Shown here: positions 50,826 to 60,211 of the stretch, piece by piece
Numbering within the stretch: position 1 is the stretch's first letter
Layout of the letters: the number at the start of each line of letters is the position of its first letter
From: Candidatus Latescibacterota bacterium
GTDB taxonomy: Bacteria > Latescibacterota > UBA2968 > UBA8231
Direction of reading: 5' to 3'
NCBI GenBank assembly: GCA_965197905.1
Contig: CBDAOB010000003.1
Coordinates: 1,136,349-1,200,348 of the forward strand
Length of the DNA stretch: 64,000 nucleotides
Made by a program: the position numbers and the translations under genes
Notes under the pieces: generated by a model
What the model was told of the DNA's origin: nothing
The model's input: the letters and a program-made list of their open reading frames with translations, nothing else
Database searches by the model: none

Positions 50826-52810
50826 GTGCGCCGTGCTAAGGCGCACATCTTCAGTGGGTGCGAATCCCACCCGGCAAGGGTCGCTCCAGCCGGTAGCAAT
50901 CGGAGCAGTGGTGGAGGCGACGAAGCCGCTGAAGCCTCCGGTGTAGAGGGTCGCCTTGGGCGACTTGGCGAGCACACAGGCCGTAACGTGAGTAAACGCT
51001 GAGCAGGCCTCGAAAAGTGTAATGCGGAAGCCGACCTGCCCGTAAACCAGTGAAGGCCGCTGTCGTTGGTGAAGAGAGCGATGCATGCAACCAACGATTC
51101 CGCCGGGGTAGTGGCGACGGCATGTATGGAAGAGGAGATGTGACGCAACACGGGAAGCCTCATCCGGCAGAAGCGGCGTGCTTCACCTGGTAACCCGCGA
51201 GGGCCAGACCGGGCTGGATGAGGTGGCGGAGAGGTCCGTAGTACCGCTGAAGCCGGGTAATGCCGGTGGAGGGAAGGGACCTTAGTTCAAGGGCAACGTC
51301 CCCAGGAGAGAGAGCCAGGAGATTGGCATGGGCCTAGCAACTCCGGAAACGGTTAGAAAACTCCAGCAGGCGTTGCATGCCAAAGCGAAGGAGTCGCCGA
51401 CTTTTCGTTTCTACTCACTGTATGACAAGGTGTATCGCGAAGACGTACTGGCACACGCCTATCAGTGCAGCAAAGCCAAAGGCGGAGCAGCAGGTATAGA
51501 CGGCCAGACGTTCTCAGATATCGAGTCGTATGGGGTAGATCGATGGTTGGGCGAACTGGCGGAAGCGCTCAGGAAGAAGACGTATCGCCCTCAGGCGATT
51601 CGCCGGGTATACATACCCAAACGCGACGGGACGCAGCGTCCACTGGGCATAGCCACGGTGCGAGACCGGGTAGCGCAGACAGCGGTGGTGGTGGTATTGG
51701 CCTCAATCATCGAAGCCGATCTGCCTCCGGAGCAATACGCGTATCGCCCGGGTCGCAACGCCCTGGACGCGGTACGCGCGGTGCACGCCCTGCTTACCTC
51801 CGGTCACACGGAGGTGGTGGACGCAGACCTGAGCGGGTATTTCGACAGCATTCCCCATGCAGAGCTGATGACATCGGTGGCCCGTCGTGTCAGCGACAAA
51901 CACCTACTGCATCTGATCAAGATGTGGTTGGTAGCCCCGGTGGAGGAACGCGATGAGCGGGGAAGAATCCGTCGAACGACCCAGAGCAAGGATCAGCGTC
52001 GCGGCATACCACAGGGCTCGCCACTGTCGCCGCTGCTGGCCAACCTGTACATGCGCCGATTCATCAAGGGTTGGAAGCAGCGCGGGCACGAGAAGCAGTT
52101 GGATGCCCACATCGTCAACTATGCCGACGACTATGTGATCTGCTGTCGTGGTACGGCGTCCACAGCCCGGGGTGTCATGACCGCGCTGATGGCTCGTCTA
52201 AAGTTGACGGTGAACCAGGGTAAGACCAAGTGCTGCTCGGTGCCGGACTCGTCGTTCAACTTCCTGGGATACACCATCGGTCGTTGCTACTCTCCACGGA
52301 CGGGGAGAGCGTACATTGGTACCCGACCGTCGAAGCAGGTGATTCGGCGGCTTTGTAGGGAAATCAGTGAGGCGACGCAGCGGCGTAGGTTTCGGGTGGA
52401 TGCAGGTGAGGTAGTGAACCACCTCAATGACATGATGACGGGGTGGGCGGACTACTTCTGTTTGGGTCCAGTCAGTAAGGCCTATACCGTGGTGGATCGT
52501 CACGCGCGCTATCGGCTGCGCCAGTGGTTATGTGGGAAGCATCACCGATCGGGACAAGGTTTGACACGCTACTCGGAGGAGTATCTCGATCAGCGGCTGG
52601 GGTTAGTCAGACTGCAGATGCGGACCCGTAACCTTCCGTGGGCGAACGCATGAATCCTTGTCCGGAAGCCGGATGCGGGAGATCCGCACGTCCGGTTTGA
52701 GGCGGCGGGGAACCTGAAAACGCGGCTATGGGAGCCGGACTGAGGGCCACGGCGAAAGCCCTGGACAACCCACCGGACCCTGAGGCAGGCGCGTCAGTCC
52801 TCGACCCTAC
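50826..52810 (+). mobile_element. Full-length group II intron encoding an RT/maturase
   Basis: 5' GTGCG directly after the first intron; domain V at ~52666-52699; 3' end CGACCCTAC. Confidence 0.92.
51328..52653 (+). CDS. ltrA: Group II intron reverse transcriptase/maturase (no endonuclease domain)
   Basis: AAGIDG, RRVYIPK..RPLGI..RDRVAQ, DADLSGYFDSI, PQGSPLSPLLAN, YADD, FNFLGY, maturase GWADYF; 441 aa. Confidence 0.95.
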   Translation: MGLATPETVRKLQQALHAKAKESPTFRFYSLYDKVYREDVLAHAYQCSKAKGGAAGIDGQTFSDIESYGVDRWLGELAEALRKKTYRPQAIRRVYIPKRDGTQRPLGIATVRDRVAQTAVVVVLASIIEADLPPEQYAYRPGRNALDAVRAVHALLTSGHTEVVDADLSGYFDSIPHAELMTSVARRVSDKHLLHLIKMWLVAPVEERDERGRIRRTTQSKDQRRGIPQGSPLSPLLANLYMRRFIKGWKQRGHEKQLDAHIVNYADDYVICCRGTASTARGVMTALMARLKLTVNQGKTKCCSVPDSSFNFLGYTIGRCYSPRTGRAYIGTRPSKQVIRRLCREISEATQRRRFRVDAGEVVNHLNDMMTGWADYFCLGPVSKAYTVVDRHARYRLRQWLCGKHHRSGQGLTRYSEEYLDQRLGLVRLQMRTRNLPWANA

Positions 52811-52820
52811 CCGCGTCGCA

Positions 52821-53098
52821 ATGTCCCCGATTCACCCAGGAGAGCTCCTGCTCGAGGAGTTTCTCGAGCCATTGGGGCTTAGCCAAGATCGCTTGGCAAA
52901 GGACATCTCGGTGCCGCCCCGGCGGATCAATGAGATAGTACAAGGCAAGCGTGTACAGCTCTTCGACTAGCGCGTTACTTCGGTACCACGGACCGGTTTT
53001 GGCTCAACCTACAATCCCGATACGATCTGGAATTGGAGAAGGATCGTCTCGGTGAGAGATTGGAAACTGAGGTGCTGGTTCTGGAGCGGACCGAGTAG
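52821..53098 (+). pseudogene. higA: HigA-family antitoxin, frameshifted by a small internal deletion
   Basis: [30 protein letters not shown], then in another frame [25 protein letters not shown]...; the usual SITAD-like segment is missing. Confidence 0.8.
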
Positions 53099-53341
53099 GT
53101 TTTAAGTTGTGATCAGGTTAGGCGGCTGAATCTGGTGTGAGCTTAAATCGAATCGCAAGCGCTGAACTGAGCAAGTAGTACACGCCTACTCAACACCGGC
53201 ACCAAGCCGCTAGACGTTGCGACCAGCGAATCAGGACGGCATTGGCAAGCCGGAACCGGGACCACCAACAATGCCGGAGCCACAAAGCGGAACCGTAAAT
53301 CTCTGGCGTTGATCGCAAAGTCCAGCTTGGTGGGATTACGC

Positions 53342-53602
53342 TCAGGCCGCCGTAGTCTGCCTGACCTCCCATCCAGGAAAAACCAGAACCGCTGGATGGC
53401 ACTGTAGTGCTTGAGCCAGAGCTTTCGCACGTTCCACTCCCAGCTTCACTCGATCGTTCTCAATGGCAGAAATAGTGGATTGAGAAATCCCAGTTCGACG
53501 AGACAACTCGTTCTGGCTCAATTCCTGCAGTTCTCTGACTATCCGAACGGACTCACCAACAGATACTTCAATCCGCTTCTTGGCTGGACGGTAGTTCTCC
53601 AT
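53342..53602 (-). CDS. XRE-family HTH antitoxin/regulator
   Basis: SVGESVRIVRELQELSQNELS..TGISQSTISAIEND...LGVERAK.LA.AL.CHPAVLVFPGW. Confidence 0.85.
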   Translation of the reverse strand: MENYRPAKKRIEVSVGESVRIVRELQELSQNELSRRTGISQSTISAIENDRVKLGVERAKALAQALQCHPAVLVFPGWEVRQTTAA

Positions 53603-53603
53603 T

Positions 53604-53665
53604 TCACTTTCTACGGTAATCGTGTGCTGTAATATCGACTACCTTCACAAGGTACGAGAAAATAG
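53604..53665 (-). pseudogene. 3' remnant of a RelE/StbE-like toxin gene
   Basis: Minus strand reads ...YLVKVVDITAHDYRRK* immediately before the XRE start; the 5' part is absent. Confidence 0.5.
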
Positions 53666-53744
53666 GCGAGACGTCTGAACAAGCGGAGTTATACGTCATT
53701 GCTCAAGACCTGTTTCTTCCCCCATTCGGCGCCTCCTCTTGCCT

Positions 53745-53767
53745 ATATATGCATAATATGCATATAT
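53745..53767. promoter_or_regulatory. Putative BrnA operator
   Basis: Perfect 11-1-11 palindrome ATATATGCATA-A-TATGCATATAT, 7 nt before the brnT start. Confidence 0.65.
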
Positions 53768-53774
53768 TCCAGCA

Positions 53775-54048
53775 ATGGACGTTGTGTGGGATCCGAGCAA
53801 AGCCAGAAGCAATCGCGCCAAGCACGGAGTGTCATTCCCGGACGCTGAACCAGTCCTTTTCGACCCGTATGCGCTGACGGTTGAAGACGATCGTGACGCT
53901 AACGAGGATCGATTCGTTTCTGTTGGCATGGATGCGTCGGGCCGGATACTCGTTGTTGCAATACGCCGTTCATGAGGAATCCATCCGGATTATCTCTGCG
54001 AGACCAGCGACCCGAGGAGAGGTGGAAACATATGAAAAAGGAATATGA
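53775..54048 (+). pseudogene. brnT: BrnT-family toxin with a +1 frameshift near 53960
   Basis: WDPSKARSNRAKHGVSF.DAE.V..DP..EDRFVSVG..GRILVV, continuing in another frame as YAVHEESIRIISARPATRGEVETYEKGI*. Confidence 0.8.
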
Positions 54049-54283
54049 CTTCAGCCAGGGGAAACGGGGCAAAGTGATGCCTCAAACAGGCAAAACGCGA
54101 ATTACGATGTATCTGGACAACGACGTCCTGGATTCCTTCCGCTCACTGTCTGAAGAATCCGGCAGAGGATACCAGACCATAATCAATGAAGCATTGAGGG
54201 ATTGCCTCAACGCCGCCAAGGCCCCAGTCGACGAGGACACATTGCGCCGCGTCATACGAGAAGAACTCCACGCTACGGAGTAG
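54032..54283 (+). CDS. brnA: BrnA-family antitoxin
   Basis: MKKEYDFSQGKRG..KTRITMYLD.DVL..F...GRGYQT.IN.AL. Confidence 0.9.
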   Translation: MKKEYDFSQGKRGKVMPQTGKTRITMYLDNDVLDSFRSLSEESGRGYQTIINEALRDCLNAAKAPVDEDTLRRVIREELHATE

Positions 54284-54339
54284 CGATTCACCCTACTTCT
54301 CGCTAGCAATTTCAGCGACTTTCTGGGCGTGGCTTCAGG

Positions 54340-54576
54340 GTGATACCTGTCGGCATACCCGCGATAGCCGCCTCCCGGCGGCTGGAGCTGCGTCTGTTCA
54401 ATCTCCTAGGACAGGTGATTCGGCGGTGGGATATGGACGGGTGGAATCCCGGTTTTTACCAGGTGATGTGGGATGGGAGGGACGGCCAGGGACGTGCCGT
54501 GGCCAGCGGCGTATACCTAGTAAAGTTCGATGCCGGACAGAAGATTTCCACCCGGAAGCTGATGTTGTTGCGGTAA
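54340..54576 (+). pseudogene. Orphan copy of the giant-protein C-terminal FlgD-like domain
   Basis: 69/78 aa identical to 49273-49509; lacks the upstream NYPNPFNP part and a signal peptide. Confidence 0.8.
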
Positions 54577-54594
54577 TCTCGGCGTTACGAGTTA

Positions 54595-54945
54595 CTAAGC
54601 GGCTCGCAACAAGAACTCGATCTTGATTGTGTCGAACGGAAAAACGATGCCCCCATCCTCGGAGCGATCGAGCACCCCGGCGTTTAATAATGCTGTGATG
54701 TCGCCGTGAACGGCCTTGACATCTCGTTTTACGCGGCGAGCAGCTTCTCTAATGGACATCGATTCTGCCCCACAAAGAATCTTGAGCAATTCCCAGCGTT
54801 TGGCGGTCAACACCTTCCAAAGCAACTCAGGGGTCGCAAAACCGATACGCGCCGATTTCTGAGCTTTGCCGCTTTTCCAGCTTTGGAGGAAATCTTCCAT
54901 CCCTTCATCAGGTGGGCGCACTTCAAGTATCAGCATTTTCATCAT
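54595..54945 (-). CDS. HVO_A0114-like HTH antitoxin (TumA-type)
   Basis: F.TPELLWKVLTAKRWELL...SIREAARRVKRDVKAVHGD..AL. Confidence 0.8.
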   Translation of the reverse strand: MMKMLILEVRPPDEGMEDFLQSWKSGKAQKSARIGFATPELLWKVLTAKRWELLKILCGAESMSIREAARRVKRDVKAVHGDITALLNAGVLDRSEDGGIVFPFDTIKIEFLLRAA

Positions 54946-55219
54946 TCCACCTCGCAATATCGCGTTGGAAATCGGCAATTAATTGATCTGGACTCATGAA
55001 TTGGTAGTTACTCTCTTCTCCGTCGAAATGGCGATGATCACCCTTTCCGGCCTCATTGTCGTAGCGCAATACGCATTCCTCGCGAATCGCATAGGCAAGG
55101 CGATACTTGAATCGGTGGGCGCAGCCTGCGATCGGTCGCGGCACCCGCCAGAGCACCAGTTCGGCAAAGGCTGTCTCTGAGAAGATAATGCGGGTGCGAA
55201 CAAGAAGGGTCGCCTTCAC
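54923..55219 (-). CDS. DUF6516-family (TumE-type) toxin
   Basis: ELVLWRVP.P..GC.H.FKYRLAY...LRYDNEAGKGDHRH...QLIADF; overlaps the antitoxin start. Confidence 0.8.
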   Translation of the reverse strand: MKATLLVRTRIIFSETAFAELVLWRVPRPIAGCAHRFKYRLAYAIREECVLRYDNEAGKGDHRHFDGEESNYQFMSPDQLIADFQRDIARWNDENADT

Positions 55220-55445
55220 GTTGGAGAAAACAACAACACATCTACGGTGTTGTCAAACGCTCCAACAGTTGGAATGAAGGGTGCAATTTCTACTCAAATG
55301 TTGATCCGCATCACAATTCTTGGTCGTTTTTTGGTTATTGTATAACAACCAGTCGGGCTGGATCGGCCGAAGAGCAAAAGGACCGTAGTATTTGCCTGTG
55401 AACGAGATTCGGATACCCAGAGCTGTGCTCAATTCCCCGTATACG

Positions 55446-57434
55446 ATGGCAAGATATCTGTGCCTGGTCGGCTGTTTGGTCGCGTGGCCACTCGCTGCCC
55501 AGACCATACAGGTCAAGAGCAGTCAGAAGATCGCCGACAATACCGGCGGTTTCGGCGTTACCCTTACCGACAGCGAGTTTTTCGGCAGTGGGATGGCCGC
55601 TGTGGGCGATCTCGACAATGACGGAGTGGAAGATCTCGCCGTCGGCGCGCCTTTCGATGATACGGGCGGCACCAATCGTGGCGCCGTCTATGTGCTATTC
55701 ATGAACAGCAACGGCACGGTGAAGAGCACCACGATTAGTGCCGCCGGTGTCATCCAGGTCCGCTCCGACTACTATGTCTTCGACGCCGTCGTTGTCCAAG
55801 TCTCCCACACCCGCCACTCGGGGCGCGTAAAGCTTGGTGACGTCGACAGCGACGGGAAGCTCGATCTGGCTGCTCTCAACTCGCCAGACAACACCGTCTC
55901 GGTCCTGCGAAACACCGGCTCCATTGGCACTGTATCATTCGCAGCGAAGGTCGATTTGCCGGTCGGCACACTACCGTCGGGCGTGGGGATAGACGACCTC
56001 GACGGCGATGGTAAAATCGATCTGGTTACAAGCAATCGCACCACTGACAACGTATCGCTCCTCCGCAATAAGAGTACCCCTGGAAGTATTGTCTTCAACA
56101 CAAAAGTCGACTTCCCGGCTGGCGACGATCCTTTTGACGTCACCACTGCCGACCTCGACGGCGACGGAAAAGCGGACGTCCTCGTCCCTAACCTCATCGA
56201 CGCCGACCTATCCGTATTTCGCAATCGGACGTTGACTACACCAGCGCCGAGGGTGACGTCCATCAGTCCGTTGTCTGGCAAGGTAGGTGATGCGGTAACG
56301 ATCACGGGGACGAATTTCAGCACGACGCCGGCGAGTAACGTGGTTCGGTTTGGCGGTGCAGAGGCGACGGTAGCGTCGGCCTCGGCGACGTCGTTGACGG
56401 CGACGGTGCCTGATGGTACGCCTCATGATCGGGTGAGTGTGACCGTCAACAATCGCACCGCCCATTCGGATGAATACTTCAAGCCGACGTTTGACGGCAT
56501 GTTTCCGGCGATCGACGCCTCGACGTTTGCAGCCAAGGTAGACTTCGCAACGGGCACCAGTCCTCTGTGGATAGTTTCTGGCGATCTGGATGGCGATGGA
56601 AAGGTCGACTTGGCAGTTCCCAACAGCGTTGCTAATACGGCCTCTGTTTTACGCAATACCAGCACTTCCGGGACTGTAGCTTTCGCGCCGAAAGTAGATT
56701 TCGCTGCCAATACCTTTCCCTATTCCGTCGGTTTTGGAGACATCGATGGTGATGGCGAGCTCGATATGGCGGTTACCAACGATAACAGCAGTAACGTCTC
56801 GGTTTACAAAAATACCAGCACTTCGGGCTCGATTTCTTTCACGGCCAAGGTTGATTTTGCCACGGCGCTCACGCGACCGGACGCGGTTGAGTTAGGGGAC
56901 ATCGACGGTGATGGCAAGATCGACATGGCGATTCCGAGCAATTCGGGATCCAATGCGATTTCGGTTTTTCGCAATACCAGTGTGTTGGGCGCCATCGATG
57001 CGTCCTCGTTTGCTCCGAAAGTTGATTTTACTACGGGTCTGGTGCCGACGGACGTCGCTCTGGGCGATATTGATGGCGACGGCGAGCCTGACATGGCGGT
57101 GGCAAACAACAACGTTGCCACGATTTCAGTCTTTAGATACACCGGTCTGCCCGGGACCATCGACGCGTCGACGTTTGCCGCAAAGGTCGACTTCACAACG
57201 GGCACCAATTCGGGGCGGGTCAGATTAGGAGACATCGATGGCGACGGCAAGCTCGACATGGCTGCCTCAAACGGACCGGACAACACGGTTTCGGTGCTTC
57301 GTAGTACAAGCGCGGTGGGGTCGCCTTCCTTTGCTGCCAAGGTAGACCTTACCGTGGGTCTTCGCCGCGTGACGTTGCCCTTGGGGATGTCGACGGCGAT
57401 GGCAAGCTCGACGTGGTCGCCGGTAACGGCATAA
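55446..57434 (+). CDS. Giant secreted repeat protein B, N-terminal fragment (signal peptide, 1 FG-GAP, partial VCBS propeller, IPT + VCBS)
   Basis: MARYLCLVGCLVAWPLAAQ signal; KIADNTGGF unit as in protein A; frame lost at ~57360. Confidence 0.8.
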   Translation: MARYLCLVGCLVAWPLAAQTIQVKSSQKIADNTGGFGVTLTDSEFFGSGMAAVGDLDNDGVEDLAVGAPFDDTGGTNRGAVYVLFMNSNGTVKSTTISAAGVIQVRSDYYVFDAVVVQVSHTRHSGRVKLGDVDSDGKLDLAALNSPDNTVSVLRNTGSIGTVSFAAKVDLPVGTLPSGVGIDDLDGDGKIDLVTSNRTTDNVSLLRNKSTPGSIVFNTKVDFPAGDDPFDVTTADLDGDGKADVLVPNLIDADLSVFRNRTLTTPAPRVTSISPLSGKVGDAVTITGTNFSTTPASNVVRFGGAEATVASASATSLTATVPDGTPHDRVSVTVNNRTAHSDEYFKPTFDGMFPAIDASTFAAKVDFATGTSPLWIVSGDLDGDGKVDLAVPNSVANTASVLRNTSTSGTVAFAPKVDFAANTFPYSVGFGDIDGDGELDMAVTNDNSSNVSVYKNTSTSGSISFTAKVDFATALTRPDAVELGDIDGDGKIDMAIPSNSGSNAISVFRNTSVLGAIDASSFAPKVDFTTGLVPTDVALGDIDGDGEPDMAVANNNVATISVFRYTGLPGTIDASTFAAKVDFTTGTNSGRVRLGDIDGDGKLDMAASNGPDNTVSVLRSTSAVGSPSFAAKVDLTVGLRRVTLPLGMSTAMASSTWSPVTA

Positions 57435-60211
57435 GCGACAACATTTCGGTGCTCAAGAACAAGAGCACGGTCGGTGCGATTTCTTTTAACACGAAGGCGG
57501 ACTTCACGGCCGGTGATGATGCCTTGGCTTTGGCCATCAATGATTATGACGGTGATGGGAAGTCGGATATTGCGGTCGTAAACTGGGGTGACAGCGACGT
57601 TTCGGTGTATCGCAACCTGACGTTGACCACGCCGGCTCCGACGGTGTCGTCGATCAGTCCATTGTCGGGCAAGGTGGGTGATGCGGTGACGATCACGGGG
57701 ACCAATTTCGATACGACGCCGGCGAGTAACGTGGTGTGGATTGGGGGTGCTCAGGCGACGGTGACGTCGGCCTCGACGACCTCGCTGACGGTCAGTGTGC
57801 CTGCCGGGGCGACGTTTGATCGGGTGAGCGTGACGGTCAACAACCGGACGGCTCAATCAGACGACTTCTTCATGACCACCTTTGATGGTGAATTCCCGAC
57901 GATTGACGCGTCATCGTTGGCCGACAAAGTCGATTTTTCGACGGGGACATTCCCAAGTCTCATGGCTATTGGAGATGTGGACGGCGATGGAAAGCTTGAT
58001 ATGGCGGTTGCCAACGTGAACTCCGACAATGTGTCCGTATTTCTCAACTCGGGTAGTGCGGGTACTGTTTCGTTTGCGACAAAAGTGGATTACGCGGAGA
58101 CCACTGATCCGGTAGACGTGACCTTCGGTGACGTTGACGGAGATGGGGAACTGGATATGGCCGTTTCGGACTGGAGCTCCGGAGCGGGAACTCAGGTTTC
58201 CGTACTCCGTAACTTGAGTACGCTCGGAACTGTGTCCTTTGCTGCAGAGGTGGATTTCACAGCCGGTTCCTCGCCGACCGGCACCGCTATTGGTGACTTG
58301 GATGGAGATGGAAAGCTTGATCTTGCCGTTGCGAAGGACACTGATAACGCGGTCGCTGTATTGCGAAATACTACGACCGCCGGCACTATCGATGCTTCCT
58401 CGTTCGCTGCGAAAGTCGATTTCACAACGGCCAACGGTGCAAATCATGCCGCGATCGGCGATCTTGACGGTGACGGCGTGCCCGATCTAGCAGTCGTGGC
58501 TCGGGCGGGTTCTCAGATCTCCGTCCTTCGCAACACCTCGACGCCCGGAACGATCGATGCCTCCTCATTTGCTGCGAAGGTCGATTTCCTCACGGGTACA
58601 AGTCCAAACGAAGTAGTGATTGCTGACTTTGATGGCGACTCAAAGAACGACATGGCCATCCAGAATCTTGCTTCCATCAACATCTCGGTGTTTCGAAACA
58701 CAAGCACACCGGGAACGATCACCGCCGGATCGTTCGCCGCCAGGGTGAACTTTGCCACGGGAACGGGTCCCCAGGTCGTTGCGACGGGCGACATCGATGG
58801 GGACGGCAAGCTGGATCTGGCAACGCCGAATTTCAACGTCAACACAATTTCGGTTTTCCGGAACACCAGTACATCTGGTACGATTGATGCTTCTTCATTT
58901 TCGCCCAAAGCTGATTTTTCGACGGGAACTGGCCCATCGGGAATCGCCATAGCGGATTTGGACGGGGATGGCAAACCGGACGTGACAGCGACGAACTTCA
59001 ACGCGAACACGGTATCGGTGTATCGCAACCTCACGACCACTATACCGTTACCCACGATCGCCACTTTCAGTCCTCTTTCTGGACGTGTCGGAAAGACCAT
59101 CTCCATTACCGGAACGAACTTCGACGCCATTGCCGGCAATAACTCTGTCTACTTCGGCGCCACAAAAGCGAACGCATCTACAGCTACCAGTACTTCACTT
59201 ACGGTGGACGTGCCGGTGGGCGCCACCTTCAGTCCCATCACGGTGAACAGGAGCAATCGGGTCACCGAGTCGAAGGGATTCTTTGTGCCGACCTTCTCCA
59301 GTGCCGCTGCCACGATCGATGCGTCGACGTTCGCAGCCAAGGTCGACTTCGTAACCGGCACAGATCCATCTTCGCTGACAATTGCCGATTTCGACGGGGA
59401 CGGCAAACCGGATTTGGCGGCGCCCAACCGAACCTCGAACACAGTTTCCGTTCTTCGAAACACCTCCTCAACGGGCTTGATAGACGCTTCATCCTTTGCT
59501 ACCAAGATCGACCTGACATCTGCCGTAAAGCCAGACGGCATTTCTGTGGGTGATCTGGACGGGGACGGAAGCATCGACATTGCTGCTGCGCACGATAATC
59601 CGACCAACGTGGTCTCCGTGTTCAGAAATACCAGTTCCAGCGGCGCCGTCTCCTTCGCTACGAAGGTGGACTTTACGGTGGGAACGAGTGCTCATGGAGT
59701 CGAAATTGCCGATCTGGACGGGGACGGAAAGCTCGATTTTGTAACAGCCAACGGTGGTGCCAATACCGTCTCGGTGATTCGTAACACGAGCGTTAGTGGT
59801 GCCATCACGTCCAATTCGTTCGCGGCCAAAGTTGATTTTGCCACTGACCTGGGCCCACAACGACTGTCCATCGCCGATCTCGATGGCGACGGCAAACCAG
59901 ATCTGGCCGTAGGCACTGCAACTGGAGATGCGGTATCTGTACTGCGAAACACAGCTACCTTCGGCATCGTAGACGGTACTTCATTTGCGGGCAACGTTGA
60001 CTTCGGTGCCGGAGATTTCGCCAATGGTGTGATAATTGCCGACATGGATGGAGACGAGAAATCCGATCTTACCGTCGCCAACAGTTCGGACAACACGTTT
60101 TCCATGATTCGAAACACCAGCACCTCGGGGTCATTAACGGCGCGTCGTTCGCTCCGACGGTGGATGTTGCGACGAATGCAGATCCGCGGCGGCTGTCGGT
60201 CGGAGATCTGA
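57413..60211 (+). CDS. Giant protein B fragment 2 (two IPT/TIG + VCBS propeller modules)
   Basis: PTVSSISPLSGKVGDAVTITGTNF, DxDGDGKxD repeats; frame lost at the G run ~60127-60130. Confidence 0.78.
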   Translation: MVAGNGISDNISVLKNKSTVGAISFNTKADFTAGDDALALAINDYDGDGKSDIAVVNWGDSDVSVYRNLTLTTPAPTVSSISPLSGKVGDAVTITGTNFDTTPASNVVWIGGAQATVTSASTTSLTVSVPAGATFDRVSVTVNNRTAQSDDFFMTTFDGEFPTIDASSLADKVDFSTGTFPSLMAIGDVDGDGKLDMAVANVNSDNVSVFLNSGSAGTVSFATKVDYAETTDPVDVTFGDVDGDGELDMAVSDWSSGAGTQVSVLRNLSTLGTVSFAAEVDFTAGSSPTGTAIGDLDGDGKLDLAVAKDTDNAVAVLRNTTTAGTIDASSFAAKVDFTTANGANHAAIGDLDGDGVPDLAVVARAGSQISVLRNTSTPGTIDASSFAAKVDFLTGTSPNEVVIADFDGDSKNDMAIQNLASINISVFRNTSTPGTITAGSFAARVNFATGTGPQVVATGDIDGDGKLDLATPNFNVNTISVFRNTSTSGTIDASSFSPKADFSTGTGPSGIAIADLDGDGKPDVTATNFNANTVSVYRNLTTTIPLPTIATFSPLSGRVGKTISITGTNFDAIAGNNSVYFGATKANASTATSTSLTVDVPVGATFSPITVNRSNRVTESKGFFVPTFSSAAATIDASTFAAKVDFVTGTDPSSLTIADFDGDGKPDLAAPNRTSNTVSVLRNTSSTGLIDASSFATKIDLTSAVKPDGISVGDLDGDGSIDIAAAHDNPTNVVSVFRNTSSSGAVSFATKVDFTVGTSAHGVEIADLDGDGKLDFVTANGGANTVSVIRNTSVSGAITSNSFAAKVDFATDLGPQRLSIADLDGDGKPDLAVGTATGDAVSVLRNTATFGIVDGTSFAGNVDFGAGDFANGVIIADMDGDEKSDLTVANSSDNTFSMIRNTSTSGSLTARRSLRRWMLRRMQIRGGCRSEI

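Noticed and set aside
49273..54576. Diversity-generating retroelement (RT plus TR/VR-like repeat pair)
   Set aside because: The RT is a YADD group II intron protein inside a full ribozyme. Repeat differences are mostly synonymous and not adenine-specific, and no avd-like gene is present.
49510..55260. Integron cassette array
   Set aside because: Isolated GTTAG/CTAAC motifs occur, but I could not build paired attC structures and there is no intI in the window. IntegronFinder would settle this.
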